Part shown: in pieces, positions 9,665 to 20,490 of the stretch
How the letters are laid out: each line of letters begins with the position of its first letter
How positions within the stretch are numbered: the first letter of the stretch is position 1
Assembly: GCA_964504135.1 (NCBI GenBank)
Contig: CAZDCW010000003.1
Coordinates: 427-64,426 of the forward strand
Direction: 5' to 3'
DNA length: 64,000 nucleotides
Source: an uncultured Methanosarcinales archaeon
GTDB lineage: Archaea > Nanobdellota > Nanobdellia > Woesearchaeales > UBA10216
Notes under the pieces: generated by a model
What the model was told of the DNA's origin: nothing
What the model saw: only the letters and a program-made list of their open reading frames with translations
Database searches by the model: none
Made by a program: the position numbers and the translations under genes

Positions 9665-10348
9665 TTATCGGCTCATGTACTTTTTCTTTGAGGCCGGGTC
9701 AAGCCTTTCTATTGAGTACCTGAGCATTGTTCTTGGCATTTGCCGGCTGTGCTCGTCGAGGAATTCCCTCAGCGTTTTTTCGCTTCTTTTTCCCACTTCG
9801 CGGAGCATCCAGCCGCTTGCCTTGTGTATGAGGTCGTTTTTGTCATTCATCAGCCCGCAGCAGAGGTCGAGGGTGGGCTTGTAGTTGCCTTTTCTTACAA
9901 AGGCCAGTGTTGAGACTATCGCGATTCTTCTTTCCCATATGCTGGAGGAGGAGGCCAGCCTTTTCAGCAGGCTTTTCTCTTTTTCCGCCAGGTAATCCCC
10001 GATGATGGCCGGAGCTGTCAGGTCAACAAGGTCCCAGTTGTTGACGCACTTCAGGTTTGAGCAGTAGAATTTTTTCACAGATTCCCTGTTCTTCGGGTAT
10101 TTGATGGTTAGAATCAGAAGCGCGGTCAGCCTGTGCTCGTGGACTTTGCTGTGGAGGAGTTTGCTTAGTTCTGGGAGGGGGATTTTCTGGTGTTTTTTGG
10201 CGAGCTGCCTCTGCGCTGGCACCGTAATCCCGAGGAAAACGTCGCCTTCCCCGTACTGGCCTTTCCCGCATCGGAAGAAGCGTGACAGCACTGCTGCCTT
10301 GGCAGGGTTCCTTTGGCGTTCCATCTCAGCCATCAGCTCCTTAATCAT
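9665..10348 (-). CDS. AlkD-like DNA alkylation repair protein
   Basis: GQYGEGDVFLG, NNWDLVD, WERR, HKASGWMLRE, MPRTMLRYSIE. Confidence 0.92.
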   Translation of the reverse strand: MIKELMAEMERQRNPAKAAVLSRFFRCGKGQYGEGDVFLGITVPAQRQLAKKHQKIPLPELSKLLHSKVHEHRLTALLILTIKYPKNRESVKKFYCSNLKCVNNWDLVDLTAPAIIGDYLAEKEKSLLKRLASSSSIWERRIAIVSTLAFVRKGNYKPTLDLCCGLMNDKNDLIHKASGWMLREVGKRSEKTLREFLDEHSRQMPRTMLRYSIERLDPASKKKYMSR

Positions 10349-10407
10349 GCGTGGATGCCGTGCCTCTCAGGTTATAAAATTTTATATAAACGCATGTTTC
10401 CTGTCAG

Positions 10408-12813
10408 TTGATGCTAATCAAGTTTTTCCCCATTGATGTAACATATAAGGTTGTGCGCGGCATGCCAGTCATTCACCTGTATGGCCGGACTTCTGATGGG
10501 AGGCGGGTGTGCGTGGCGGACAGCAGCTTCGAGCCTTATTTCTGGGTGGTGAACGGCCAGAGGGATGATGTTGAGCGGATTTCAGTCCAGCAGCCAGGCG
10601 GCGAGGTAAGGGTTAAGAGGGTTGAGCAGCATCAAAAAAAATACCTGGGCAGCAGCGTGAATGCGCTTAAGGTTTTCGCCGGCCTTCCTTCTGACGTGCC
10701 TTTGCTTCGGAGGGCTGCTTCAATGTATGGCGCTGCGCTTGAGGCAGACATCCCCTTTGCGAGGCGTTATCTTATTGATAAGGGCATTGTTCCCATGATG
10801 GCCTGTGAGGTGGAGGGCGAATTCGAGCATAACCCTTCCTATAGGGTTCCTGTTTTCAGGGCGGCTTCAGTATCTGAGTCTTCGGAGGAGGTTGCAGAGG
10901 CTCTTAGGATTGTGTCTTTTGACATTGAAACCCACAGCCCTCTGGGCAAGGAGATAAGTCCTGCGGAGCAGCCGGTTATAATGCTCGGCGTGGCGTCTGA
11001 CGGGTTTCGGAGGGTAATAACATGGAAGCGGTTTGATACGCGGCTTGATTATGTTGAGTTTGTTGATGATGAGCGGCAGCTGCTTGAAAGGTTCGTGCAG
11101 CTTGTTGAGGAATTGCAGCCTGATGTTCTGGCTGGCTATTATTCTGACGGGTTTGACTTCCCGTTTATGCTTGCCCGCGCGGCCAGGAATAATGTTCAGT
11201 TGCCCATTGGCCTGGATTTCTCCCAGCCAAGGGCTGCAAAGTCGCAGGTTGACGTTGCAGGGGTTGTTCACCTTGACGTTCTTAAGTTCATAAGGAAGAT
11301 TTTCGGCAGGTATATGGAAACTCCGGTGTTCGACCTCAATTCAGTGGCTGTGGAGATTCTTGGAGAGGGCAAGCATGGCATAGGTCTTGACGGCCTGTGG
11401 AATGCCTGGGAGAATAACGTCGGGCTTGAGGATTATTGCAGGTACAATGTCCAGGATGCTGTGCTTACTGGAAAGCTTGCCCAAAGGCTTTTTCCTAATA
11501 TGGTGGAGCTGGTCAGGGTGGTGGGCATGCCTTTGGCGGATGTTAGCAGGATGAGCTTTTCGCAGCTGGTTGAGTGGTATCTTCTTGGCCAGGCAAAGTC
11601 TTTCGGCGAGCTTGCCCCTAACAGGCCGGAGTATGTTGAGACAAGGCAGAGGCTGGAGCGCACTTTTGAGGGCGCTTATGTGCATGAGCCCACTCCCGGC
11701 CTTTACAGCGATGTGGCTGTTTTTGACTTCCGCAGCCTTTATCCCACTATAATTTCAGCGCACAACATCAGTCCTGATATGCTGAATTGCGGCTGCTGCG
11801 ACCAGGCTTTTGCGCCCGGGCTGAAATTTTGGTTCTGCTCCAAGAGGCGCGGCCTCATTTCCTCTGTTATTGAGGGTCTGATAACGAGGAGGATGCGCAT
11901 CAAGGAGCTTCTGAAAAGCGCTGAGGACAGGAAGCTTCTGAAGGCCAGGGAGGAGGCCCTTAAGACCATAGCCAACTCCATCTATGGGTATTTCGGCTTC
12001 TTTGGGGCAAGGTGGTACAGTATGGAATGCGCTCAGAGCATAACTGCCTTTGGGAGGGATTATATTATGGGCGTTATAGCCCGTGCCAGGGAGAGGTTTG
12101 GCGTGCTTTATTCTGATACTGATTCAATTTTTCTCACCTTGGAGGGGAAGGATAGGCGTGATGCCGAGAGGTTCGTGGCAGAAATCAACCGGGAGCTTCC
12201 TGGCCTTATGGAGCTGGAATTCCAGGGATTCTACCCTGCGGGCCTGTTTGTAGGGACCAGGGAGGGCGGCATTGGCGCCAAGAAGAAGTATGCGCTGATA
12301 ACAGAGGAGGGCAACATAAGGATTAAGGGTTTTGAGGCCGTCAGAAGAAACCTCTCTCCAATAGCCAAGGAAACCCAGGAGAGGGTGCTGGAGATAGTTT
12401 TGAAGGAACGTGCGCCTCAGAAAGCCCTTGAATACATTTCAGCAATAGTGTCAGCTGCCAGGAACAGGGAAATACCCGCTCAAAAGATGATTATAACCAC
12501 CCAGCTTCAGAAGGATTTGGCAAGCTATGATTCCATTGCTCCGCATGTTGCAGTGGCTCAGAGGATGAGGCAGCAGGGCAGGCAGGTTTTAGTGGGTTCA
12601 ATGATCAGGTACATAGTGACAGCCGGAAAGGACAGGATTAGGGACAGGGCTAAGTTGCCTGGGGAAGTGAAGGGCAACGACTACGATTTTGAGTACTACA
12701 TCAACAACCAGATTCTTCCTTCAGTGGAGAGGATAATGGCGGTGTTCGGCATAGATATAATCCGGGAAGTGGAGCCCTTGCATCAGAAAAGGCTGGACGC
12801 GTTCTTCGGCTGA
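10408..12813 (+). CDS. polB: Family B DNA polymerase
   Basis: FDIET exonuclease motif; DFRSLYPTII, KTIANSIYG, YSDTDS; C-terminal PIP box QKRLDAFF. Confidence 0.97.
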   Translation: MMLIKFFPIDVTYKVVRGMPVIHLYGRTSDGRRVCVADSSFEPYFWVVNGQRDDVERISVQQPGGEVRVKRVEQHQKKYLGSSVNALKVFAGLPSDVPLLRRAASMYGAALEADIPFARRYLIDKGIVPMMACEVEGEFEHNPSYRVPVFRAASVSESSEEVAEALRIVSFDIETHSPLGKEISPAEQPVIMLGVASDGFRRVITWKRFDTRLDYVEFVDDERQLLERFVQLVEELQPDVLAGYYSDGFDFPFMLARAARNNVQLPIGLDFSQPRAAKSQVDVAGVVHLDVLKFIRKIFGRYMETPVFDLNSVAVEILGEGKHGIGLDGLWNAWENNVGLEDYCRYNVQDAVLTGKLAQRLFPNMVELVRVVGMPLADVSRMSFSQLVEWYLLGQAKSFGELAPNRPEYVETRQRLERTFEGAYVHEPTPGLYSDVAVFDFRSLYPTIISAHNISPDMLNCGCCDQAFAPGLKFWFCSKRRGLISSVIEGLITRRMRIKELLKSAEDRKLLKAREEALKTIANSIYGYFGFFGARWYSMECAQSITAFGRDYIMGVIARARERFGVLYSDTDSIFLTLEGKDRRDAERFVAEINRELPGLMELEFQGFYPAGLFVGTREGGIGAKKKYALITEEGNIRIKGFEAVRRNLSPIAKETQERVLEIVLKERAPQKALEYISAIVSAARNREIPAQKMIITTQLQKDLASYDSIAPHVAVAQRMRQQGRQVLVGSMIRYIVTAGKDRIRDRAKLPGEVKGNDYDFEYYINNQILPSVERIMAVFGIDIIREVEPLHQKRLDAFFG

Positions 12814-12846
12814 AAAACATTATATAATCGCCTTTGGACTTCCAGA

Positions 12847-14109
12847 ATGATGAACCTCTACGCAGACCTTCACATCCACAGCCATTACGCCAGGGCCACG
12901 TCTAAGGATTTGAGCCTGGAAAACCTTGAGAAATATGCGAGGGTTAAGGGCCTCGGCCTGCTTGGAACCGGCGATTTTCAGCATCCTAAGTGGCAGCAGG
13001 AAGTGAAGGAAAAGCTTGTTGAGGACAGTAATGGCATTCTCTGGAGCAAATCCGGCTTTCCGTTCATCTGGCAGACTGAGATTGCAGTTGTTTACACCCA
13101 GGGCGGCAGGGGCCGGAGGATTCATCATATTATTTTGGCTCCGAATGCTGATGTCGTAACCCAGGTTACTGACTTCCTGAAAAGGAAGGGCAGGGTGGAT
13201 TATGATGGCAGGCCGATTTTCGGGTTCAGCAGCATTGAGCTGGTTGACAGCATGATGTCTGTCAGCGAGGATATTGAAATAATACCTGCGCATGCGTGGA
13301 CGCCGTGGTTCGGCGTTTTTGGAGGCATGTCAGGCTTTGACTCGCTGAAGGAATGTTTTGGCGACAGGGCTGATAAGATTCATGCAATTGAGACAGGACT
13401 CAGCTCTGACCCTCCGATGAACTGGAGGATTAGGGAGCTGGACAGGATAACGCTGGTTTCAAATTCCGATTGCCACAGCTTTTGGCCGTGGAGGATAGGC
13501 CGCGAGGCAAATATCTTTGAGCTGCCTGAGCTGGGCTATAAGGGGATTATCCGGGCAATAAGGAGCAGGAGCGTAAAGGGCACGATTGAGGTTGACCCTG
13601 CGTATGGCAAATATCACTTTGACGGCCATCGTGCATGTGGAGTCTGCCTGTCGCCTGCAGAGTCCTTGAAAAACAGGGATATCTGCCCGAAGTGCAGGCG
13701 TAAGCTTACCATTGGCGTGCTTCACAGGGTGGAGCAGCTTGCTGACAGGCCCGCAGGGGAAAAGCCTGATGGCGCTGCTGGCTTTTTCTCAGTGATTCCG
13801 CTGTCAGAAATCATAGGCATGGTTCAGCGCTGCCCAGTGGCTTCGGTGAAGACCTGGAAGGTCTACAATCAGCTTATAGAAGCCTTTGGGAACGAGTATG
13901 CGGTCCTGCTGGAAGTGCCTCAGGAAGAGTTGGCAAAATCATGCGGCAGCAAGCTTGCTGATGCAATAATGATGAACCGGGATGGCAGGCTCAAAGTTGA
14001 GCCAGGGTATGATGGGGAGTATGGCCAGCCAGTCTTGGGTGGCGGCAGAAGTCATGAGGCTGTGGCACAGAAGATGCCTAGGCAGACAGGTCTGGGCGCA
14101 TTTTTCTAG
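12847..14109 (+). CDS. Endonuclease Q family (PHP domain plus Zn ribbon)
   Basis: DLHIHSHY, GTGDF, PAHAWTPW, ETGLSSD, SNSDCHS, GKYH.DGHRAC, CPKC, GYDGEYG; PIP-like QTGLGAFF. Confidence 0.93.
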   Translation: MMNLYADLHIHSHYARATSKDLSLENLEKYARVKGLGLLGTGDFQHPKWQQEVKEKLVEDSNGILWSKSGFPFIWQTEIAVVYTQGGRGRRIHHIILAPNADVVTQVTDFLKRKGRVDYDGRPIFGFSSIELVDSMMSVSEDIEIIPAHAWTPWFGVFGGMSGFDSLKECFGDRADKIHAIETGLSSDPPMNWRIRELDRITLVSNSDCHSFWPWRIGREANIFELPELGYKGIIRAIRSRSVKGTIEVDPAYGKYHFDGHRACGVCLSPAESLKNRDICPKCRRKLTIGVLHRVEQLADRPAGEKPDGAAGFFSVIPLSEIIGMVQRCPVASVKTWKVYNQLIEAFGNEYAVLLEVPQEELAKSCGSKLADAIMMNRDGRLKVEPGYDGEYGQPVLGGGRSHEAVAQKMPRQTGLGAFF

Positions 14110-14549
14110 TCAGACCAAGCGACGATTCCAATCATCACGAGATTTACAAGGGGTATTAGTCCGATAATAATTCCCCACCATGCTGGCTTGTTTCTTGCCT
14201 CGCAGATTTTCCACCATAGCCAGCATGGCCATGCCAGCAATGCCACCAGGCCGAGCAGGCCTAGAAGCGGCAGGAACTGGAGAACAATAGAGGCAAGTGG
14301 CACAAACAGCCAGGCCCAGTGCACTTTGGCTATCTGGGTCATGAGGTAGATATTGCCAATAGGAACCCACGCCAGCCAGGCATTGGCTGTGTTGGTCTTC
14401 CTTGCAATCGTCATCAGTACCAGCGCAATATAGATGTAAAATACAATAAATACAGCCAGAATGAGAAGAAGGAATGCTGCAAACAAGGCCAGCATCCCGC
14501 CTAAGGCTTCAGAACTCCCGGCAAGGTCAGCAGGCAAATGCGAGGGCAT
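14106..14549 (-). CDS. Small membrane protein (DUF5684-like)
   Basis: AWLAWVPIGNIY, KPAWWG, IPLVN. Confidence 0.7.
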   Translation of the reverse strand: MPSHLPADLAGSSEALGGMLALFAAFLLLILAVFIVFYIYIALVLMTIARKTNTANAWLAWVPIGNIYLMTQIAKVHWAWLFVPLASIVLQFLPLLGLLGLVALLAWPCWLWWKICEARNKPAWWGIIIGLIPLVNLVMIGIVAWSD

Positions 14550-14625
14550 TTTTACTTTTCTCTATTGCCGCGTATATAAATCTTTGCAGGAATATTTATA
14601 AACATATATCCCGAAGGATAGTCCA

Positions 14626-15645
14626 GTGGTCAAGTACATGGAGGCTGTCAGGAGGGTTTTCTCTAACCCTAACGCGCTGCTGGTAGGCGTTCTTCTCACA
14701 TTTATTCCTTACTTGGTTTACTTCCTGCTCATTGTTACACTGGCCCCTGAGGCTGTTGCAAGGGTGTTGGTTGATGAGGATACATCGCGTGTTGGGCTTA
14801 AGGTTGCCCTTATCATGATTGCCTATGGGCTGCTCCAGGTAATTGCAGGCCTGGCAATTATTGGCTATCTGCTGAGGTGCGCAAGGACAGAAGGCAGGGC
14901 TCCTGATTGGCGTGGCGTGGGCAAGCTCCTTTGGGATGGCTTCAGGGCAGGGGTCATCTCATTGATTTACTATCTGCCGCTGATAATAATGTTTTTCGCA
15001 TTTCTGGCCATGCTTGGCCTATTAGTCTTGAGTTCCCTGGGAGCAGAGGACTGGGCCAGCATGATAGGTTCTGGCACGCCGATTACTGGAACGTCGATTG
15101 TAGCAGAAAGTGCAGGCGGCTGGCTTGGCTTTGTGCTGGGGCTTGGCCTGCTGCTGCTTCTTATGCTTCCCCTTGCCTTGTTCATTATTGTATGGGTTCC
15201 GATGGCTGTTGTCCATTTTGGATTTATGGATAGGTTCGCCGCAGGCTTTGATTTCAGGGAAATCAGGAGAAAGGTGTTTACAGGCAACTATGTTATGTCG
15301 CTTCTGGCCATACTTGCGATAGGAATAGTTGCCGTCCTTGTTGTGCTGCTGCCTCTTATCCTGCTGGAGCTTCTTGCGTTGATTCCGGTCATTGGCCCGG
15401 TCTTTAAGCTGGTCGGCGAGTTTATAGCAGCTATAGTGTCAGTTGCAATGGGCATTGTAGCCTACACTATAATCGGTGAAGTTTACAGGGAGCTTTCAGG
15501 GAAGCCGTCTCATGCCGAGGCAGAGCCAGAATCAGCACAGCCTCCAGAGACATCTGCAGGGGTTAAGGCGTCACTGAAAAAAAGGTCTGTTAGAAAAAAG
15601 GGAAAAAGCCCTAGCAGCAGCCGCAGCCGGACTTTTCGCTCTTAG
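14626..15645 (+). CDS. DUF4013-like membrane protein with basic C-terminal tail
   Basis: IIGYLLR..PDW...KLLWDG; several TM helices. Confidence 0.75.
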   Translation: MVKYMEAVRRVFSNPNALLVGVLLTFIPYLVYFLLIVTLAPEAVARVLVDEDTSRVGLKVALIMIAYGLLQVIAGLAIIGYLLRCARTEGRAPDWRGVGKLLWDGFRAGVISLIYYLPLIIMFFAFLAMLGLLVLSSLGAEDWASMIGSGTPITGTSIVAESAGGWLGFVLGLGLLLLLMLPLALFIIVWVPMAVVHFGFMDRFAAGFDFREIRRKVFTGNYVMSLLAILAIGIVAVLVVLLPLILLELLALIPVIGPVFKLVGEFIAAIVSVAMGIVAYTIIGEVYRELSGKPSHAEAEPESAQPPETSAGVKASLKKRSVRKKGKSPSSSRSRTFRS

Positions 15646-15695
15646 TTTCTTGTTTCGCCTTCTTTACCTTTTGTTTTGCAGCCATGGTAACCACC

Positions 15696-16328
15696 TCAGC
15701 GAAATGCAGGTCGCATCTTCTTTAAATAAGTTTTCCTGAGCAGGACAGCCACGGCCAGGATAACCCCTGAAAGCACAGCAGTCCTGAGGGCTATAATCAT
15801 CGCAAGGTCCTGGAAGAATTGGGCTGGGTAAAGCTTTATCAGCAGGTCAGATTCCTCAAAGAGGTAAGTGCCTGGCCGGAATAGTGAGAGGTGGAAATTG
15901 TCAAAAACCCATCCGAATGGCAGTATCCATAGCAGTCCAATGGCCAGCAGGATGAAAAGCGAGCCGAGGATGGCTGCCGCTGTGAGGCCCGCCAGCAGCC
16001 GCCTCAGCAGGGCTAGGGTTACCGAGGCCGCAATCGCCACCGCTGCTGCCCCCAGCGCCAAAACGAAAAAGGCTCTTATAATCTGCTTCACATCTGCGAG
16101 GTGGCTTTTCTCCCTCTCTGAGAAGTCCATTGGAATATTTCCATTTCCTTTCAGGTAGTCAAGCACTCCTGAATTCAGCGAGTCCGCGTCAGGAGCCCTT
16201 TCATAGGCTCCTGTTTTTGCAAACTCGGCCCTGTAAATCCCCTGGTCAAGAAACACCGAGGAGAAGCTGGCCGCAACTATCAGGAAGGCCAGGCTCACAG
16301 CCAGGACGGTTACAGGCGCATTATTCAT
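15696..16328 (-). CDS. DUF1461/TIGR01906-like integral membrane protein
   Basis: [25 protein letters not shown]. Confidence 0.8.
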   Translation of the reverse strand: MNNAPVTVLAVSLAFLIVAASFSSVFLDQGIYRAEFAKTGAYERAPDADSLNSGVLDYLKGNGNIPMDFSEREKSHLADVKQIIRAFFVLALGAAAVAIAASVTLALLRRLLAGLTAAAILGSLFILLAIGLLWILPFGWVFDNFHLSLFRPGTYLFEESDLLIKLYPAQFFQDLAMIIALRTAVLSGVILAVAVLLRKTYLKKMRPAFR

Positions 16329-16408
16329 TTTGGAATAAATCCCTCAGTAAACCTTTAATATGCCTCACAAGCCGCTGTCTGCCTATAAATCTTTTGAGAG
16401 GTGCAATC

Positions 16409-17593
16409 ATGGCTAAAATAAACTACATTACTTCTGAATCAGTTACTGAAGGGCACCCCGACAAAATCTGCGACCAGATTAGCGATGCAATCCTCGACGA
16501 CCTTTACGCCCAGGACCCCATGTCAAGGGTCGCTGTGGAATGCCTCACGACCACAGGCCTTGTTGTTGTCGCAGGCGAAGTCACCACAAAGGGATTCGCC
16601 GACGTGCAGGCGATTGTGAGGCGTACGCTTAAGGAGATTGGCTATACAAACCCTGCTTTTGGGATAGACCATGAGGATGCTGGCGTTCTGGTGTCAATTC
16701 ATGGCCAGAGCCCTGATATTGCCCAGGGCGTTGATGATAGGCAGGGAAAGGAGCAGGGCGCAGGCGACCAGGGCATGATGTACGGCTATGCTTGCACAGA
16801 GACAAAGGAGTTTATGCCTCTTCCTATCATGCTTGCCCACGGCCTTGCCAGGAGGCTCGCCGAGGTTAGGAAGGAGGGGGTAATAAGGCACATCGGGCCT
16901 GATGGCAAGTCGCAGGTAAGTGTTGAGTATCATGACGGAATTCCAAAAAGGGTTTCTGCAGTGGTGATAGCCAGTCAGCACACTGAGGAGCACACTACGG
17001 CTGATGGCCAGACTTCAGGCAGTTTCAAGCAGGAGATTCTGGAAAAGGTGATTAAGCCGGTGCTCGGGAAATATTTTGACACCAATACAAAGGTGCACAT
17101 TAACGCCACCGGGAAGTTCGTCATAGGCGGCCCTGAGGGCGACACAGGGGTTACAGGAAGGAAAATTATCGTTGACACTTATGGAGGCGTTGGAAGGCAT
17201 GGCGGAGGCTGCTTCAGCGGCAAGGACCCCACCAAGGTTGACCGCTCAGGCGCGTACGCTGCGCGCTATGTCGCAAAGAATATTGTCGCTGCTGGGCTGG
17301 CTGGGAAGTGCGAGGTTTCGCTGTCGTACGCTATTGGTGTTGCCGAGCCGACCTCTATTAACATTGAGACCTTCGGCACTGCTAAAATCCCTGAGGAGAA
17401 AATTTCTGAGCTGGTCAGGAAGCATTTCAGGCTCACGCCGCGGGGCATTATTGAGAGCCTTCAGCTGAGGCGGCCTATTTTCAGGAAGACTGCTGCGTAC
17501 GGCCACTTCGGGAGGAATGAGCCTGAGTTTGCGTGGGAGCTGACTGACAGGGCAGATGCCCTGAGGAAAGATGCCGGAATAGTCAATTCCTGA
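16409..17593 (+). CDS. metK: S-adenosylmethionine synthetase, bacterial/eukaryotic type
   Basis: [40 protein letters not shown] gaggtg upstream. Confidence 0.97.
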   Translation: MAKINYITSESVTEGHPDKICDQISDAILDDLYAQDPMSRVAVECLTTTGLVVVAGEVTTKGFADVQAIVRRTLKEIGYTNPAFGIDHEDAGVLVSIHGQSPDIAQGVDDRQGKEQGAGDQGMMYGYACTETKEFMPLPIMLAHGLARRLAEVRKEGVIRHIGPDGKSQVSVEYHDGIPKRVSAVVIASQHTEEHTTADGQTSGSFKQEILEKVIKPVLGKYFDTNTKVHINATGKFVIGGPEGDTGVTGRKIIVDTYGGVGRHGGGCFSGKDPTKVDRSGAYAARYVAKNIVAAGLAGKCEVSLSYAIGVAEPTSINIETFGTAKIPEEKISELVRKHFRLTPRGIIESLQLRRPIFRKTAAYGHFGRNEPEFAWELTDRADALRKDAGIVNS

Positions 17594-18494
17594 ACTCCTG
17601 AAGCGTATCCAGCCGCATTGTGACATAATGGTAAATCAGCCGCAGCAGGTAGTCGAGTGCTGCTATCAGCCTTCCCTCGTTTGCGCTGGGGCTTCTTGAT
17701 ATTGATATCAGGAACTGCTTTGTCTCCTCAAACCTTGCATAGGTGTCCACCGCTTTCTTCTTGTCAGGCTTGTAGAAGAATTCATAGCTGAGCTTGAAAA
17801 TCTGGTTTATCTTTTGAAGCCCGCGCAGGACCTTTTCGCTGGGAGTTACCTTCAGGCAGGCGTCTGCAATCTCCTTGTAGGTGTCGCCGACATCCTCAAG
17901 GGTCTCTACCAGGTAATACAGTATCCTGTTGTCCATTTCCCTGTATTGGCCCTTGTTTATGGCCCTGAGGCAGAAATAGCAGAACTTGTTCAGGTCAACA
18001 TCCCTGTATTTTACGTGGGAGAGGCCCTTTTTGTCTCCCTTGGCAAGGGCTTCAGCTACGGTGTCGGCCATTGAGATGGCGATGAGGAATGCCTTCCTGA
18101 GCGCGGAGTCAAAGTCTATTTCGAGCTTTTGGGAAAGGCTCTTTATCACGAGCTGGTTCCTTGACTGGTCAAAGATCTCAAATCCAAGAAGCTCAGGGAC
18201 CTTCTCCTGCAGGGCGCGTCCAATCTCAAGCTCGTCGAACGAGATTACGAGCTCGTCATAGCCTGCCTGGTATGCCCTTCCGACAAACCTGTCTGCGAGC
18301 CTGGGAGTTAGGCCGGACAGGTCGATTTCTATTGTGTTCAGCCTTGGCGCGGTGTTCGCGTATATTACAACTTTATTGCCGTCCTCGACAACATCAAGCT
18401 CCTGGCCCTTCAGGATGTTGTTTTTCTTCGCCCATGCCCTCGGCAGGGAAACCAGCTGCGTTGAATCTGCTATCTGTATTACCTTTCTTTTCAA
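17583..18494 (-). CDS. AbrB-PhoU archaeal phosphate uptake regulator-like protein
   Basis: [19 protein letters not shown]-terminal AbrB domain, AY.AGYD, PhoU-like helical repeats. Confidence 0.85.
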   Translation of the reverse strand: MKRKVIQIADSTQLVSLPRAWAKKNNILKGQELDVVEDGNKVVIYANTAPRLNTIEIDLSGLTPRLADRFVGRAYQAGYDELVISFDELEIGRALQEKVPELLGFEIFDQSRNQLVIKSLSQKLEIDFDSALRKAFLIAISMADTVAEALAKGDKKGLSHVKYRDVDLNKFCYFCLRAINKGQYREMDNRILYYLVETLEDVGDTYKEIADACLKVTPSEKVLRGLQKINQIFKLSYEFFYKPDKKKAVDTYARFEETKQFLISISRSPSANEGRLIAALDYLLRLIYHYVTMRLDTLQEFRN

Positions 18495-18522
18495 AGTTAT
18501 CAGCCCCCTTCTTCTTAAAAGT

Positions 18523-18617
18523 TATGGTAAACTGCGTGGCTTATGTCACGCTTTGACCCGCAGTTTACCAGATTAGAACTGCGCACATAAGTTACATATC
18601 CTGCGCAGTTCTCTATA
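18523..18617. mobile_element. Family A copy 2 (91 nt plus TA), diverged with compensatory changes
   Basis: ggtaaactgcg..cgcagtttacc-agatt-agaactgcgca..tgcgcagttct-cta-TA. Confidence 0.75.
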
Positions 18618-18812
18618 TTAAGTTTATGGCCGTGTTATTTAGTTTATTTAAACATTTCTGTTTTATTAAATGAATAAGGCCGCATTATAAATTATAAGCC
18701 ATAGCTTTATAACACTCCATGCTATGCCCATCTTTAATCTTCAAGCCATACCCAAAAAGGGGGTGCAGCTCTGAGTAAAGAGCCTAAAAAGGCATTTTGG
18801 GGGTGATAAAAG

Positions 18813-18974
18813 ATGTGGCAGGAAGACATTGAGGAAGATGACTTGGGGCTGCTTTCGGGTGAGTTGGAAGACTTGGAAGATGACGAGGTTTCTCTCAGGG
18901 AAGCGGCGTTCATAGAGGGCTATGCGGCTGCGCTGAAGGAGGAGGTATACGAGCCGGATTTGGAAGAGCTTTAG
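18813..18974 (+). CDS. Small acidic protein, 53 aa (absent from ORF track)
   Basis: RBS ggggtga; MWQEDIEEDDLGLLSGELEDLEDDEVSLREAAFIEGYAAALKEEVYEPDLEEL; stop overlaps the ROK stop. Confidence 0.75.
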   Translation: MWQEDIEEDDLGLLSGELEDLEDDEVSLREAAFIEGYAAALKEEVYEPDLEEL

Positions 18975-19825
18975 GGAAGAAGGCAGGCTCCGGATTCGCC
19001 CGGGTAATCCAGCTTTCTTTTTTTAATTCTTATTCTTGTCCCGTGCTTTTCTGCTTCCTTCTTCAGCTGTGCATATATGTGCAGGTTTGATAGGCCGCCG
19101 CCAAGGACTATCAGCCCAGGGTCATAGGCCCTTTGCACGTTAGCCAGGCCAATCCCAAACTTTTCGATGGTTTCCCTGGAAATTTCCCTGGCAATTTTCT
19201 CGGCCGAGCTGAAGATTTTCTTTGGGTCAGGCTCTGGAATCTTTCCTCCGGCTTCAATGTACCTTCGGGTTATATTCCTGCCTGAGCACCAGCTTTCAAA
19301 ATCTCCCTTGTTGCCGCATGCGCATCGTGGGCCTGATGGGTCTATTATCATGTGCCCTATTTCCCCTGCAGCTCCCATGCCCTTGTAGGGCCTGCCTGAG
19401 ATAATCAGCCCTCCCCCTATTCCGGTTCCCACCACTATCCCAACCATGTCTTCGCAGCCCCTGCCAGCTCCCAGCCTGTATTCGCCGTATGCAAAGCAAA
19501 GCCCGTCGTTTTCTATTTTGACAGGAAGCTTCAGGAGCTTGCTGAGGGTTTGCTTTAGGTTTAGCCCTTCAAGGCTTTTTATGTTGGGGTTGAAGGTCAC
19601 CCTGCCATTCCTGTCCACCCTGCCTGCAATGCTTATGCCAACCCCGGAAACTCGCCTTCCTTTTGAAAGCTTTTCAACTGCGGCCTTTACATTTGTCAGC
19701 GTGCTTGCAGCATTGCTGCTGGCCATGGTCGGCAGGATTAAAGCATCCAGAGGCTCCATTGAGCTGCTGAACAGCGCTCCGCTGATTTTTGTGCCGCCAA
19801 TGTCAAGGCCTATCCGGTAGGGCAT
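18971..19825 (-). CDS. ROK family sugar kinase
   Basis: GLDIGGTK, IEND, GTGIGGG, GEIGH, CACGNKGDFE. Confidence 0.93.
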   Translation of the reverse strand: MPYRIGLDIGGTKISGALFSSSMEPLDALILPTMASSNAASTLTNVKAAVEKLSKGRRVSGVGISIAGRVDRNGRVTFNPNIKSLEGLNLKQTLSKLLKLPVKIENDGLCFAYGEYRLGAGRGCEDMVGIVVGTGIGGGLIISGRPYKGMGAAGEIGHMIIDPSGPRCACGNKGDFESWCSGRNITRRYIEAGGKIPEPDPKKIFSSAEKIAREISRETIEKFGIGLANVQRAYDPGLIVLGGGLSNLHIYAQLKKEAEKHGTRIRIKKRKLDYPGESGACLLP

Positions 19826-19912
19826 CAGGGAATTCTTACCCTGGAACATATATAAAACTAGCGGCAGATGCAAAAGACAGAAATGGAAGTAAAATTGGGG
19901 ATAAGCTTTTTA

Positions 19913-20308
19913 TCACAAGCCTTGGTAAGGCTTGGCAGCGTACTCTTTTAGAACACGCAGAACATCTTCAGGTTTGCCTGAAAATTCCATGTCAATACGC
20001 ATTGGCTTGGGCCTGATTCCTTTTTGCTCCAACCTTTCAACAAGGTCTCTTACATGGGGGAATATCCTGCATGCATCAGCAATTGAGGTAAATGATGTAT
20101 GAACGGGGTTTTCGTTGACTGTTGAAAAGCCTGCAACTCCCAGTTGCAGCCCTTGAATTTCTGATAGTTTTACAGACCCGTAATGCATATACCCTAACCT
20201 GTCCATTTCCCGCTGGTATTCTGCTGGAACCCTGGAACTGACTTTGATGAGCACAGCATCTCTGTCTGGCCTTAAGAACCCCAGCAGGTGAGCATAAAAA
20301 TCAACCAT
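19913..20308 (-). CDS. Hypothetical protein
   Basis: 131-aa ORF with TATA-like tttatata about 25 nt upstream. Confidence 0.6.
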   Translation of the reverse strand: MVDFYAHLLGFLRPDRDAVLIKVSSRVPAEYQREMDRLGYMHYGSVKLSEIQGLQLGVAGFSTVNENPVHTSFTSIADACRIFPHVRDLVERLEQKGIRPKPMRIDMEFSGKPEDVLRVLKEYAAKPYQGL

Positions 20309-20404
20309 TTAAAATGTAACTATAAAGTAGTATATAAACTTTTTGAATTCGTCCTGCTTCCCGGAGGACGTTTAATCATTCACATTGAGCGAATTGCTCT
20401 TTTC

Positions 20405-20490
20405 AAAAAAAATCCTGAGGCCGGGCGCCGGGAAAAAGAGGGTGCCAAAACCCGGCAGCCAGCCCAGATCGTTAGGTAAACTAACTATTA
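20405..20490 (-). ncRNA. Candidate small RNA or structured terminator
   Basis: TATA-like box (20509-20516), GC-rich stem 20415-20467, then T8 run on the minus strand. Confidence 0.3.
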
